A stretch of 64,000 nucleotides of DNA from Acidimicrobiia bacterium (GTDB lineage: Bacteria > Actinomycetota > Acidimicrobiia > Acidimicrobiales > Bin134). Position 1 is the first letter of the stretch, and each line of letters opens with the position of its first letter. The position numbers and the translations under genes were made by a program. The notes under the pieces were generated by a model. The model saw only the letters and a program-made list of their open reading frames with translations, ran no database searches and was not told the origin of the DNA. The DNA is taken from NCBI GenBank assembly GCA_022827405.1, contig JAJDTA010000175.1:8142-72141 (forward strand), read 5' to 3'. Shown here piece by piece: positions 45,149 to 54,087 of this stretch.

Positions 45149-47466
45149 GCCAATTGCGGCGCGAGGATCCCCGGCTCCTGCGAGGAGGTGGACGCTATGT
45201 GGCCGACATCGATCTGCCGTCGATGCGCTATGCGGCCTTTGTGCGGAGTCCGGTGGCCCACGCCGATCTAATCGGCGTTGAGCTGCCCCCCGACGTAGAA
45301 GGCTTGATCGGCCAAGACCTGATCGGGCGAATCGACACCATGGCCCCCAACGAGGCCGACGGCGGCGTCTACCAGGACAAATTGCTGGAATCCCTGAACG
45401 ACGACCGGCTGTTCGTGCGTCACGAGGGCCGGCCGCTGTTGGCCGTAGACCGGGTGCGCCATGTGGGCGACCCCGTTGCCGTGGTCATTGCCGACACCCC
45501 CTACGGCGCGGCAGACGCGGCCGATCGGGTGGGCCTCGATCTGGAGAGCCGCCCGGCGGTGGTCGACCCCTTTGCCGCACTGGCCGACGACGCTCCCCGG
45601 CTGTACGACCACTGGCCCGACAACCGCTCGCTGTTCGTGGCCGCCGGATTCGGCGACATTGGCGCCGCCTTCGCCGACGCGGCTCACGTGAGTCGCCGCC
45701 GGCTGCACTCGGGGAGGCTGGCTTGTCACCCCATGGAGCCGAGGGGGGTGGTGGCCCAGCACGATCCCCGCACCGATCTGCTCACGGTATGGAGCAGCAC
45801 CCAGATTCCCCATCCGCTGCGCACCGCCCTGGCCAAGGCCTTGGGGCACCCGTCCCACCGGATCCGGGTCGTAGCACCCGATGTGGGCGGCGGATTCGGA
45901 GTCAAGGCCATTCCCTACGCCGAGGAATTGATCTTGGCCTTTCTCGCTCTGGAGCTGGGCGGGGCGCTCCAATGGGTGGAGCAGCGGAGCGAGCATGGCC
46001 TCGCCGCCATTCAATCCCGCGATCAGGTCCATGACATCGAATTGGCCCTCGACGGCGACGCCCGCATCCTGGGCGTGCGCGACCGCTTCGTAGTGGACAG
46101 CGGGGCAGCCAACCCTCTCGGCGTGGTCCAGCCCTACAACACGCTGGCCCACCTATGCGGCTGCTACCGGGTACCGGCGCTCGATGTGGAGGCCACCGTG
46201 GTGGTGACCAACAAGGCCCCCAACTCGCCCTATCGGGGTGCGGGCCGGCCCGAGGCAGTCTTCGCCATGGACCGCATCCTCGACGTGGCCGCCCGAGAGA
46301 TGGGAATCGATCCGGTGGAGCTTCGCCGCCGCAACCTCATCTCCGGCGACGAGATGCCCTATTCCGTCGGGCTCAACTACCGAGACGGCACGGCCATGAC
46401 CTACGACAGCGGCGACTTCGACGGTTGCTTCGAGGCAGCCATCGCCATGGGCAACATATCCGAAGGGCTCCGTGGAGGAGCTAGCGACGAAGCTGGCCGG
46501 CTGGTGGGCGTTGGAGTGTCCTCCTATGTGGAGGGCACCGGGGTTGGCCCGTTTGAGAGCGCCCGAGTACGGGTGGACGAGACCGGTTGGGTGGAGGTGG
46601 CCACTGGCGCCTGCTCTCAGGGCCAGGGCCATGAGACGGTGTTTGCCGACGTATGCGCCCAGGCGCTCGGGGCCGATCCCGCCCGGGTGACGGTGATCGG
46701 GGGTGACACCGCCGCGGTGGAGTTCGGCTGGGGCACGCTGGCCAGCCGCAGCGCGGTGGTGGCCGGCAGCGCCATCCACCAAGCCGCCACGGTGTTGCGA
46801 AACCGCATTGTGGATGCGGTAGCCGAGCAGTGGGAAGTGGCCCCCGCTGACCTGTGCATCCGCAACGGCGCGGTGGAGGTGGTGGGAACCCCCACCCGCC
46901 GAATGGAATTGTCCGAGGTGGCCACCGGCTTCGCCCCCGGGGGCGTGTTGTCCAACGGCAGCCGCGCCGGTTTGGAGGAAATGATCTGCTTCGAGCCGCC
47001 GACCGTCACCTTTGCCGCCGGGGTGCACGTAGCCCGGGTCGCGGTCGATCCGTCGACGGGCACGGTCGAGGTCCTGGACTATGTGGTGGCCCACGACTGC
47101 GGGCCATTGCTGTCAACGATGATCGTGGACGGCCAGATCATGGGGGGCGTGGCTCAAGGGATCGGAGCCGCGCTGTTCGAGCAGGCGGTATACGACGCCG
47201 AGGGCCAGCCCCAGAACCCGAGCCTGGCCGATTATCTGGTACCCGACGCCGCCGGTGTCCCTGAGTTGGCCGTCACCCATTTGGAGACGCCGTCGCCCCT
47301 CAACCCGCTGGGCATCAAGGGCGTGGGAGAAGCCGGGGCCATCTCGCCTCCGGCCGCGGTGGCCAACGCCATCGAAGACGCCCTGGCCGGGCTGGGCGTC
47401 GAGGTAAACCGAGTACCGGTTTCGCCCGACTATCTGTTCGAACAATTGCAGGGAGCGAGAACATGA
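45145..47466 (+). CDS. Xanthine-dehydrogenase-family molybdopterin large subunit (CoxL form-II-like)
   Basis: VGGGFG, PYRGAGRPE, GQGHET and KGVGE motifs. Confidence 0.92.
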   Translation: MSQLRREDPRLLRGGGRYVADIDLPSMRYAAFVRSPVAHADLIGVELPPDVEGLIGQDLIGRIDTMAPNEADGGVYQDKLLESLNDDRLFVRHEGRPLLAVDRVRHVGDPVAVVIADTPYGAADAADRVGLDLESRPAVVDPFAALADDAPRLYDHWPDNRSLFVAAGFGDIGAAFADAAHVSRRRLHSGRLACHPMEPRGVVAQHDPRTDLLTVWSSTQIPHPLRTALAKALGHPSHRIRVVAPDVGGGFGVKAIPYAEELILAFLALELGGALQWVEQRSEHGLAAIQSRDQVHDIELALDGDARILGVRDRFVVDSGAANPLGVVQPYNTLAHLCGCYRVPALDVEATVVVTNKAPNSPYRGAGRPEAVFAMDRILDVAAREMGIDPVELRRRNLISGDEMPYSVGLNYRDGTAMTYDSGDFDGCFEAAIAMGNISEGLRGGASDEAGRLVGVGVSSYVEGTGVGPFESARVRVDETGWVEVATGACSQGQGHETVFADVCAQALGADPARVTVIGGDTAAVEFGWGTLASRSAVVAGSAIHQAATVLRNRIVDAVAEQWEVAPADLCIRNGAVEVVGTPTRRMELSEVATGFAPGGVLSNGSRAGLEEMICFEPPTVTFAAGVHVARVAVDPSTGTVEVLDYVVAHDCGPLLSTMIVDGQIMGGVAQGIGAALFEQAVYDAEGQPQNPSLADYLVPDAAGVPELAVTHLETPSPLNPLGIKGVGEAGAISPPAAVANAIEDALAGLGVEVNRVPVSPDYLFEQLQGART

Positions 47467-48296
47467 CCGCCACTCAATCCGGATCCGTTGTCGACGCTCC
47501 CCAGCATGAAGTGCCAGAGTCGTCGGACATCGCGCTGAGCGTGTCGGGGATCCACAAACGCTACGGCGGAGTGGTCGCCCTCCGAGACGTTTCGCTGGAC
47601 TTTCCCACCGGCACTCTTACCGCCATCGTGGGCGACAACGGGGCCGGCAAGAGCACCCTGTTGAAGGTGATCTCCGGGGCAGAACAACCCGATGCCGGAA
47701 CAGTGGTGCTTCACGGCGAAGTCCGTCGATTCCGCTCTCCCTTGGACGCCCGGACCGCAGGCATCGAGACCGTGTATCAAGACTTGGCGCTGGCCGACAA
47801 TCTCGATGCCGCCCAGAACCTGTTCATGGGACGGGAAATCAAGCTGGGATGGGGTCCCTTCACTTTTCTGCGCCAACGGGCCATGCGTCGGGAGACCGAG
47901 CAGATCATCAGGAGGCTCAACATCAAGATCCCATCGGTTCGCATCCCGGTTCAGCACTTCTCCGGAGGCCAGCGCCAGGGAGTGGCCATAGCCCGGGCCA
48001 TGAACTGGGGCAATGAGGTGATCATTATGGATGAGCCCACCGCAGCCCTGGGTATCGCCAAGACAGCCCGGGTGGAAGACCTCATCACTACTTTGCGAGA
48101 GCGCCAGTTGACCATCGTCGTGGTGAGCCACAATCTCGACCAGGTGTTTCGGCTGGCTGACCGGATCGCAGTCATGCGCCGAGGCCAGCTCATCGAGCTG
48201 CTCGACGCCCGCAGCACCGACGCCCAGAAGCTGGTGTCGCTCATTACCGGCCTGTCCGCTTCTCATGAGGGGACAGATGGCCATGAAGGAGCCTGA
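47463..48296 (+). CDS. Sugar ABC transporter ATP-binding protein
   Basis: GDNGAGKS, FSGGQ and MDEPT motifs. Confidence 0.93.
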   Translation: MTATQSGSVVDAPQHEVPESSDIALSVSGIHKRYGGVVALRDVSLDFPTGTLTAIVGDNGAGKSTLLKVISGAEQPDAGTVVLHGEVRRFRSPLDARTAGIETVYQDLALADNLDAAQNLFMGREIKLGWGPFTFLRQRAMRRETEQIIRRLNIKIPSVRIPVQHFSGGQRQGVAIARAMNWGNEVIIMDEPTAALGIAKTARVEDLITTLRERQLTIVVVSHNLDQVFRLADRIAVMRRGQLIELLDARSTDAQKLVSLITGLSASHEGTDGHEGA

Positions 48297-48297
48297 G

Positions 48298-49074
48298 ATG
48301 GCGCCAAGGGTGGGCGTCCAGATACGACCCAACCATGTGAGCTGGGCCGACATGAAGGCCGCTTGGCAGTACGCCGATGGGGCCGGAGCCGACAGCATCT
48401 GGACTTTCGACCACTTCTTTCCCATCGACGGCGATCCCGAAGGCACCGCCTTTGAGTGCTGGACCACGCTGGCCGCCATGGCGTCGGCCACCAAGACGGC
48501 CATGATCGGCCCGCTGGTCACTTGTACAGGGTTCCGCAACCCCGATCTGTTGGCCGACATGGCTCGCACCGTGGACCACGCATCCGGGGGCCGGGTGGTG
48601 CTCGGGCTGGGCTCGGGCTGGTTGGAGCGGGACTACCACTCCTATGGGTATGCCATGTCGGGCGATGCCGATCGAATACGGGAGATGGAGGTTGCCATCC
48701 ACCGCATCCGCCGTCGGCTGGGACAGCTCCGTCCTGGCCCGATGGGCCCGCTCCCCATACTGATCGGTGGGTTGGGGGAGCGCATGACCCTGGACGTGTG
48801 CGCCCGCCTGGCCGACGCCTGGAACGGCTGGGGCACCCCAGACGAGATCGCTCACCTCAACAGCGTGCTGGACGGGTGGTGCGAGCGGGCCGAGCGCGAC
48901 CCGTCTCAGGTGGAGAGGACGGTGGCGCTGTTCGAAACGGCCAGCGATGCAACCTACGACGACTATGCGGCCGCGGGGGCCGACCACCTCATCTTGGTCT
49001 GCTCGGGCCCCGACTATCAGATTGAAGAGCTGGGATCCCTGCTGGCCTGGCGGGACTCGCGGAGCGGATCGTGA
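48298..49074 (+). CDS. LLM-class, probably F420-dependent, oxidoreductase
   Basis: WTFDHFFP, FECWT, RNPDLLADMARTVD and LGLGSGW motifs. Confidence 0.88.
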   Translation: MAPRVGVQIRPNHVSWADMKAAWQYADGAGADSIWTFDHFFPIDGDPEGTAFECWTTLAAMASATKTAMIGPLVTCTGFRNPDLLADMARTVDHASGGRVVLGLGSGWLERDYHSYGYAMSGDADRIREMEVAIHRIRRRLGQLRPGPMGPLPILIGGLGERMTLDVCARLADAWNGWGTPDEIAHLNSVLDGWCERAERDPSQVERTVALFETASDATYDDYAAAGADHLILVCSGPDYQIEELGSLLAWRDSRSGS

Positions 49075-49117
49075 ACTCGGGAGCCCTTGATCGGGAGCGA
49101 CCGCTCGGGGAGAGACG

Positions 49118-50359
49118 GTGAGCGGCCCAACCGGCGCTTTGTGGATGCCGTTCACCTCGGCGGGCGGCACCCAGCCTCCGGTGGTCGTGGCCGGGGACGG
49201 CAACCATGTGATGACCGATGATGGATCCCGGCTGCTCGACGCCACCGCCGGGGGAGTGGCCTGTGTGATCTTGGGGCACGGTCGAGCCGAAATCGCCGAC
49301 GCGGTGGCTGAGCAGCTCCGCACACTGGAGTATCAGTGCCTCTTCGGGTACAGCCACCCTCGGGCTCAGGAACTGGCCGAGGCTGTTGCCGAGCGCACGC
49401 CGGGCGATCTGAATCACGTCTTCTTCACCAACTCCGGCTCAGAGGCGGTGGAGACCGCCATGAAGATGGCCCGCGGCTACTGGCGCCAGGTCGGCCAGGG
49501 ATCCAAGACCGGATTCGTGTCGCTGCACCGGGGCTACCACGGCATGAACTTCGGTGGGATATCGGTGGGTGGCCTGACCGAGAACCGGGCGGGATTCGGC
49601 CCACTGCTGGAGGGCTGCACCCAGGTTCCGGCCCACGACATCGACGCTCTAGAACAGGAGCTGGCCTACCGGGATCCGAGCACCATCGCGGCGGTGATCG
49701 TGGAGCCCGTGCAGGCCGCCGGAGGCGTCTACCCGCCCCCTGAAGACTACTTGTCCCAGGTCAGGGCCTTGTGCGACCGCAATGATGTGCTTCTGGTGCT
49801 GGACGAAGTGGTTTGCGGATTCGGAAGGCTGGGCCACTGGTTCGGCGGCCACCGCTATGGGGTGGCCCCCGACATCATGACCGTTGCCAAGGGGTTGACC
49901 TCGGCCTACGTCCCCATGGGAGCGGCCATCGCCAGCAGCCGGATCCACGGGGAGTTTGTCGACCCCGGAGGATCAATCGAACTGATGCACGGCTATACCT
50001 ACAGCGGCCATCCCGCAGCTTGTGTCGCCGGGCTGAAGGTGATCGAGATACTCGAACGGGAATTACTGGTGGACCACAGTCTCCAGGCCGGCCGGCACCT
50101 TCAGAAGCGGATACACAGTCTGGATTCCCTGCCAGTGGTGGCCGAGGTTCGCGGTGAGGGGATGCTGGCCGCGGTGGAATTGGCCGGGGAAAACCCGGAG
50201 CCCTTGGTGGCCGAGGCCCAGAGGCGCATCCAGTCAGCCGGGGTACTGGTGCGGGCCCAATCCGACCACTTGGGCATCTACCCGCCATTTACCTTTACCG
50301 CTACCGAGGTGGACCAAGTAGTAGATACCGCTGGGGCGGTGTTGGGGGAGTTGTCGTGA
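49118..50359 (+). CDS. Class III (omega-amino acid) aminotransferase
   Basis: NSGSEA, YHG, DEVVCGFGR, AKGLTS and HGYTYSGHP motifs. Confidence 0.92.
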   Translation: MSGPTGALWMPFTSAGGTQPPVVVAGDGNHVMTDDGSRLLDATAGGVACVILGHGRAEIADAVAEQLRTLEYQCLFGYSHPRAQELAEAVAERTPGDLNHVFFTNSGSEAVETAMKMARGYWRQVGQGSKTGFVSLHRGYHGMNFGGISVGGLTENRAGFGPLLEGCTQVPAHDIDALEQELAYRDPSTIAAVIVEPVQAAGGVYPPPEDYLSQVRALCDRNDVLLVLDEVVCGFGRLGHWFGGHRYGVAPDIMTVAKGLTSAYVPMGAAIASSRIHGEFVDPGGSIELMHGYTYSGHPAACVAGLKVIEILERELLVDHSLQAGRHLQKRIHSLDSLPVVAEVRGEGMLAAVELAGENPEPLVAEAQRRIQSAGVLVRAQSDHLGIYPPFTFTATEVDQVVDTAGAVLGELS

Positions 50360-50889
50360 CATTTGACCGGGTGGACTCGATCTTGGAGCAGTGGGCCAGC
50401 GAGCGGCCCGACTTGGACCCCTCTCCCATCGGGATTTTCGGGCGGATCTCCCGCATCGACCGGTTGTTCGAACAGTCGATGGCCGAGTTCCTCCGCCCCC
50501 ATGGCCTCACCCTTGGCCTGTTCGACGTGTTGGCCGCGTTGCGGCGAAACGGCGAGCCCTTCCAGGCAAAGCCAAGCGACTTGGCGGCCATGACCATGCT
50601 CACGTCCGGGGGCATGACCGGGCGGTTGGACCAGCTTGAGAAGCTCAATCTGGTGCTCCGGGTGCCCGATCCCGACGACCGCCGGGTCATGATGGCCCAG
50701 CTCAGCCCCGATGGCAGAAACCTCATCGACCGGCTCATGGGCGAGCACCTCGAACGCGAGCGAGACCGGTTGGAGTGGTTGCAGACCGGAGAGCCAGAGG
50801 AGTTCGCCGGCTATTTGCGCAAACTGGAGGCATCCCTTCGGTCCCTCGATGTACGAGGAGATGGGGCTGGCTCGGAGTCACCCCACTAG
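50356..50889 (+). CDS. MarR-family regulator of the UrtR (PecS/TamR/HucR-like) type
   Basis: DRVDSILEQWASERPDLD N-terminal helix; FDVLAALRR; DDRR wing. Confidence 0.85.
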   Translation: MTFDRVDSILEQWASERPDLDPSPIGIFGRISRIDRLFEQSMAEFLRPHGLTLGLFDVLAALRRNGEPFQAKPSDLAAMTMLTSGGMTGRLDQLEKLNLVLRVPDPDDRRVMMAQLSPDGRNLIDRLMGEHLERERDRLEWLQTGEPEEFAGYLRKLEASLRSLDVRGDGAGSESPH

Positions 50890-51305
50890 GAGGCGGTGAA
50901 GCACCAGGAAATGGTGTTGGCGTTGTCGGGGCCGACCTCTTGGCGCCAGTAGGTGGCCTGGACGCAGTTCTGCTCGGCTTGAAGTCTCTCGATCACCTTG
51001 TCCTGATCGGGCCGGAAGGTGAAGCGGTTGATATTGGGCAGATGGCGAATCTGCTCGGGGGGAATGGCCACTCCGTTGATGGCCAAGCGGGCGTCATAGC
51101 CGCTGGCCAGATCGATGCCGACGGTTTCTTGGGAGAGGACCTCGGCGTTTCGAGGGGGAATGAGCTCGTCTACCGCGGCGTTGCCGGTAACGCTCACGTC
51201 GCTGTCGTCGGTGTCGGCTAGCAACAGGGCCAACAAGATGGCTCCCGCACCCATCAGGGCCGCGGCACCCAACAACACCCGGCGCAGAATGACCGACTCC
51301 AGCAC
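50886..51305 (-). CDS. Hypothetical membrane-anchored or secreted protein
   Basis: N-terminal hydrophobic helix; Cys pair. Confidence 0.65.
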   Translation of the reverse strand: MLESVILRRVLLGAAALMGAGAILLALLLADTDDSDVSVTGNAAVDELIPPRNAEVLSQETVGIDLASGYDARLAINGVAIPPEQIRHLPNINRFTFRPDQDKVIERLQAEQNCVQATYWRQEVGPDNANTISWCFTAS

Positions 51306-51386
51306 TCATCCAGTGTGCCCGCTAGCAGAGGCCAGAGACACCCTGAGTGGCGCGGAAAAACTCAAGACAGCAAGTACCCTCAATGC

Positions 51387-53279
51387 GTGTCCCAAGACAG
51401 CGGCGATACCGAGGTGATCGGCCGGGTCTTGGGCGGGCGCTTCCGGCTCGTGACCCGTATAGGCCCGGGCCGGTTCACCGATGTCTACGTGGCCTACGAC
51501 CTGGCCGCTTCGCGCAGGGTGGCGGTCAAGCTGCTCTCCGAAGACCTCCTGCCCGACGGATGGGCCAGCCTCGCCAGCCGATTCCTGGAGGCTGCCGGGG
51601 AAGCGGCCGCGGTAAGCCACCCCCACGTGGTGGGCGTCCAAAGCTGGGGAGACTCCGATCTCGGCCTCTACGTAGTAAGCGACTACATGGAGGGCGGGAG
51701 TTTGCTGGGGATGTTGGATGCCGGGCACCTTCTGTCACCATCGCAGGTTCTCATGGTGGGCTTGGACATCGCCCGGGGCCTGGAGCACATCCACCGTCAG
51801 GGCATCATCCATGGGGACATCCGGCCCTCCAACGTCTTGTTCTCACGCCGCGGTCGAGCCCGACTGGCTGATCTCGGCACATCATGGGCCTTGAGTTCGT
51901 CTGAGCGCGAGGGAGCGCTGATGGCCAGGTCGGTTTTTTCGTCGATCGACGCGGTGCGCTACGCCTCTCCCGAGCAGGCCCAGGGCCTGACCCCCGACCA
52001 CAAGAGCGACGTTTATTCCCTCGTCCTCGTGCTGACAGAGGTTCTGACGGGTCGGGTGCCATTCGACTCTGAAGACCCCGAATACACCCAGATGGCCAAG
52101 ATGAGCAGACGGCTTGATCTCGCCGGCCAGTTCGACCGTCTGGGCCGGGTCTTGGAGCAAGCGGTACGACCAGAGCGGGACGACCGACCCACCGCTCGCG
52201 ATCTAGGCGTAGGCCTGTTGGCGGCCGCAGAGTCACTGCCCCGCCCGGCCCCGCTTCCCCTGTCAAAACCGGGGCCGGAGATTCCCGACACCGGTGAATC
52301 CGCGGCCGCGACCGCACCCGACCGACAGCCGGAGGAGGCGGTGCCGAAGGCCAGCAGCCGCTCGGGGGGTCGAAGGCTGCTGGCCATGGTGGTGACGCTT
52401 GTGCTGCTGGGGGCGGCGGCGTTCGGAGCCTTCAAGCTGTGGGACAACCGGTTCGGCACCGAGACCCAACCGGTGCCCGATCTGGTTGGTGCCGCCGACG
52501 CCGACCTCTCGCGTATCGAGAACGAGTTCGGTTGGGTGCTCGACCGCCGCGAGCAGCGCCAAGACGGCACCGTGGCGGGCCAAATCCTGCGCCAGGCGCC
52601 CCAGCCGGGCACTGGGTTGGAACAGGGTAAGACGGTCACGGTTTGGATCTCCTTGGGTCCTGAGTTGGTGTCCATTCCCGGCAACCTGACAGGACTGTCC
52701 ATTGCCGACGCCGAGGAGGCTTTGGCCGCGGTAGGCCTGTCAGCCGGTGACATCACCGAGCGTTTCGACGAGATTGCTATCGAGGGGGTTGTCATCGAAG
52801 TCGACGAGATGCTCCTCCAGCTCGAGCGGGAGAGCCGGGTGGACTTGGTGGTCTCTCTCGGACCGCCGCCGCGGCTGGTGCCCGAAATCGATGCAGGCAT
52901 GTCGTTGGCCGCAGCCCTTGAGCAGCTGGAAAAAGCCGGGTTAGAGGCGCTCGAGTGGAGGGTGGCGGACAACAATGTGGAAGCGGGCCACGTTTTGAGG
53001 GTCGAGCCTCTGCCGGGAACCGAAGTTGCCGCCAACTCGGTGGTCTCCGTGGTGGTCTCCGACGGCCCCGAGCAAGTGAGGATTCCCTTCTTGGCCACCC
53101 TCGGCGCGGAGGAAGCCGCGGCCATCCTTGAGGCAACAGGCCTCTGCCGGGGAGAGATCGTTGGTCCCCCCGACGCCGAAGTCTTGGCCACCAACCCGCC
53201 AGCCGAAGCTGTCGTGGACTTTGGGACGTGTGTCAGCCTCATCACCCGGCCAGAAGAAGGGTCAGAAGAAGAAGGCTGA
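51387..53279 (+). CDS. Ser/Thr kinase-like protein with TM helix and PASTA repeats
   Basis: VAVK, HGDIRPSN, DLG and YASPEQ motifs; VPDLVG-type PASTA repeats. Confidence 0.88.
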   Translation: MSQDSGDTEVIGRVLGGRFRLVTRIGPGRFTDVYVAYDLAASRRVAVKLLSEDLLPDGWASLASRFLEAAGEAAAVSHPHVVGVQSWGDSDLGLYVVSDYMEGGSLLGMLDAGHLLSPSQVLMVGLDIARGLEHIHRQGIIHGDIRPSNVLFSRRGRARLADLGTSWALSSSEREGALMARSVFSSIDAVRYASPEQAQGLTPDHKSDVYSLVLVLTEVLTGRVPFDSEDPEYTQMAKMSRRLDLAGQFDRLGRVLEQAVRPERDDRPTARDLGVGLLAAAESLPRPAPLPLSKPGPEIPDTGESAAATAPDRQPEEAVPKASSRSGGRRLLAMVVTLVLLGAAAFGAFKLWDNRFGTETQPVPDLVGAADADLSRIENEFGWVLDRREQRQDGTVAGQILRQAPQPGTGLEQGKTVTVWISLGPELVSIPGNLTGLSIADAEEALAAVGLSAGDITERFDEIAIEGVVIEVDEMLLQLERESRVDLVVSLGPPPRLVPEIDAGMSLAAALEQLEKAGLEALEWRVADNNVEAGHVLRVEPLPGTEVAANSVVSVVVSDGPEQVRIPFLATLGAEEAAAILEATGLCRGEIVGPPDAEVLATNPPAEAVVDFGTCVSLITRPEEGSEEEG

Positions 53280-53283
53280 GGGC

Positions 53284-53715
53284 TCAGCCCTCGTCGAGGA
53301 TGGTGATGGCCCGCAGCCGGGTCTGGGCATGGCGGGCGAAGGCGACCTGCTCGTCGTCCATCCCCTCCCCGAACAAGATGAGAACGAGGGCCAAGTCGCC
53401 GTCCACTCGGAGAGCGCCGGTGAGAAACCCGTGAGCAACGATGTCGTGGTCATCGGTGACGAATGCGGCCAGGGCAGCCGGGTAGTCGAGGATCACGGTG
53501 GCATTGGGATCGTCCAGGTTGCCCGGCATGGGCAGCGGACCTCCGGCCTCGGTGTCGATGTAGGCCCGGAACTCGCCGTCGCCGAAGGGGGTGTCGGTGA
53601 CCACCAGGTTGACCCTGGCGGTTTGGGCAGGATCGGGCGCGGTTGATGCCAGCTCTTCGCGCAGGGCCATGGCTGCTTCGATCCACTCAGGGCTCAGAAA
53701 CCGGTACGCCCCCAT
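53284..53715 (-). CDS. SCP2 sterol-binding-domain protein
   Basis: FLSPEW and FLTGALRVDGD motifs. Confidence 0.75.
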   Translation of the reverse strand: MGAYRFLSPEWIEAAMALREELASTAPDPAQTARVNLVVTDTPFGDGEFRAYIDTEAGGPLPMPGNLDDPNATVILDYPAALAAFVTDDHDIVAHGFLTGALRVDGDLALVLILFGEGMDDEQVAFARHAQTRLRAITILDEG

Positions 53716-53781
53716 CCCGGCAACGTATCGCTATTGGGGCAAGGGCAAAGTGATGGTTGGGCGGTACGATGTCGCTTCGGT

Positions 53782-54087
53782 ATGGGGCAGCAACGCATAA
53801 CCCGGGCTGAGTGCGCCCATGTGGCCGCTTTGGCCCGTTTGGCACTGACCGACGAGGAGCTGGACCGCTTCACCGGCCAGCTCGACGAGCTCCTGGACCA
53901 TGTGGCCGAGGTAGAGGCTCTGGACGTGGAGTCGCTTCCCCCGACGATGCACGCCCTTCCCATCGTCAACCTGCTTCGTCCCGACACTCCCGGTGAGGTG
54001 CTGGACCGCGACGAGGTGTTGGCGCAGGCACCGTTCGCCGAAGAGGGTCAGTTCCGGGTTCCCCCGGTTCTCGGAGAGGCGCCGTGA
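53782..54087 (+). CDS. gatC: Asp/Glu-tRNA amidotransferase subunit C
   Basis: HVAALARL, LRPD and FRVPPVL motifs; operon context. Confidence 0.93.
   Translation: MGQQRITRAECAHVAALARLALTDEELDRFTGQLDELLDHVAEVEALDVESLPPTMHALPIVNLLRPDTPGEVLDRDEVLAQAPFAEEGQFRVPPVLGEAP

Noticed and set aside
45145-47466. True aerobic CO dehydrogenase
   Set aside because: Lacks the AYXCSFR form I motif and the coxMS and accessory genes
39831-50359. Aminoglycoside-like biosynthetic cluster (GMC oxidase plus class III aminotransferase)
   Set aside because: No cyclitol synthase or glycosyltransferase; an importer and oxidative enzymes favour catabolism
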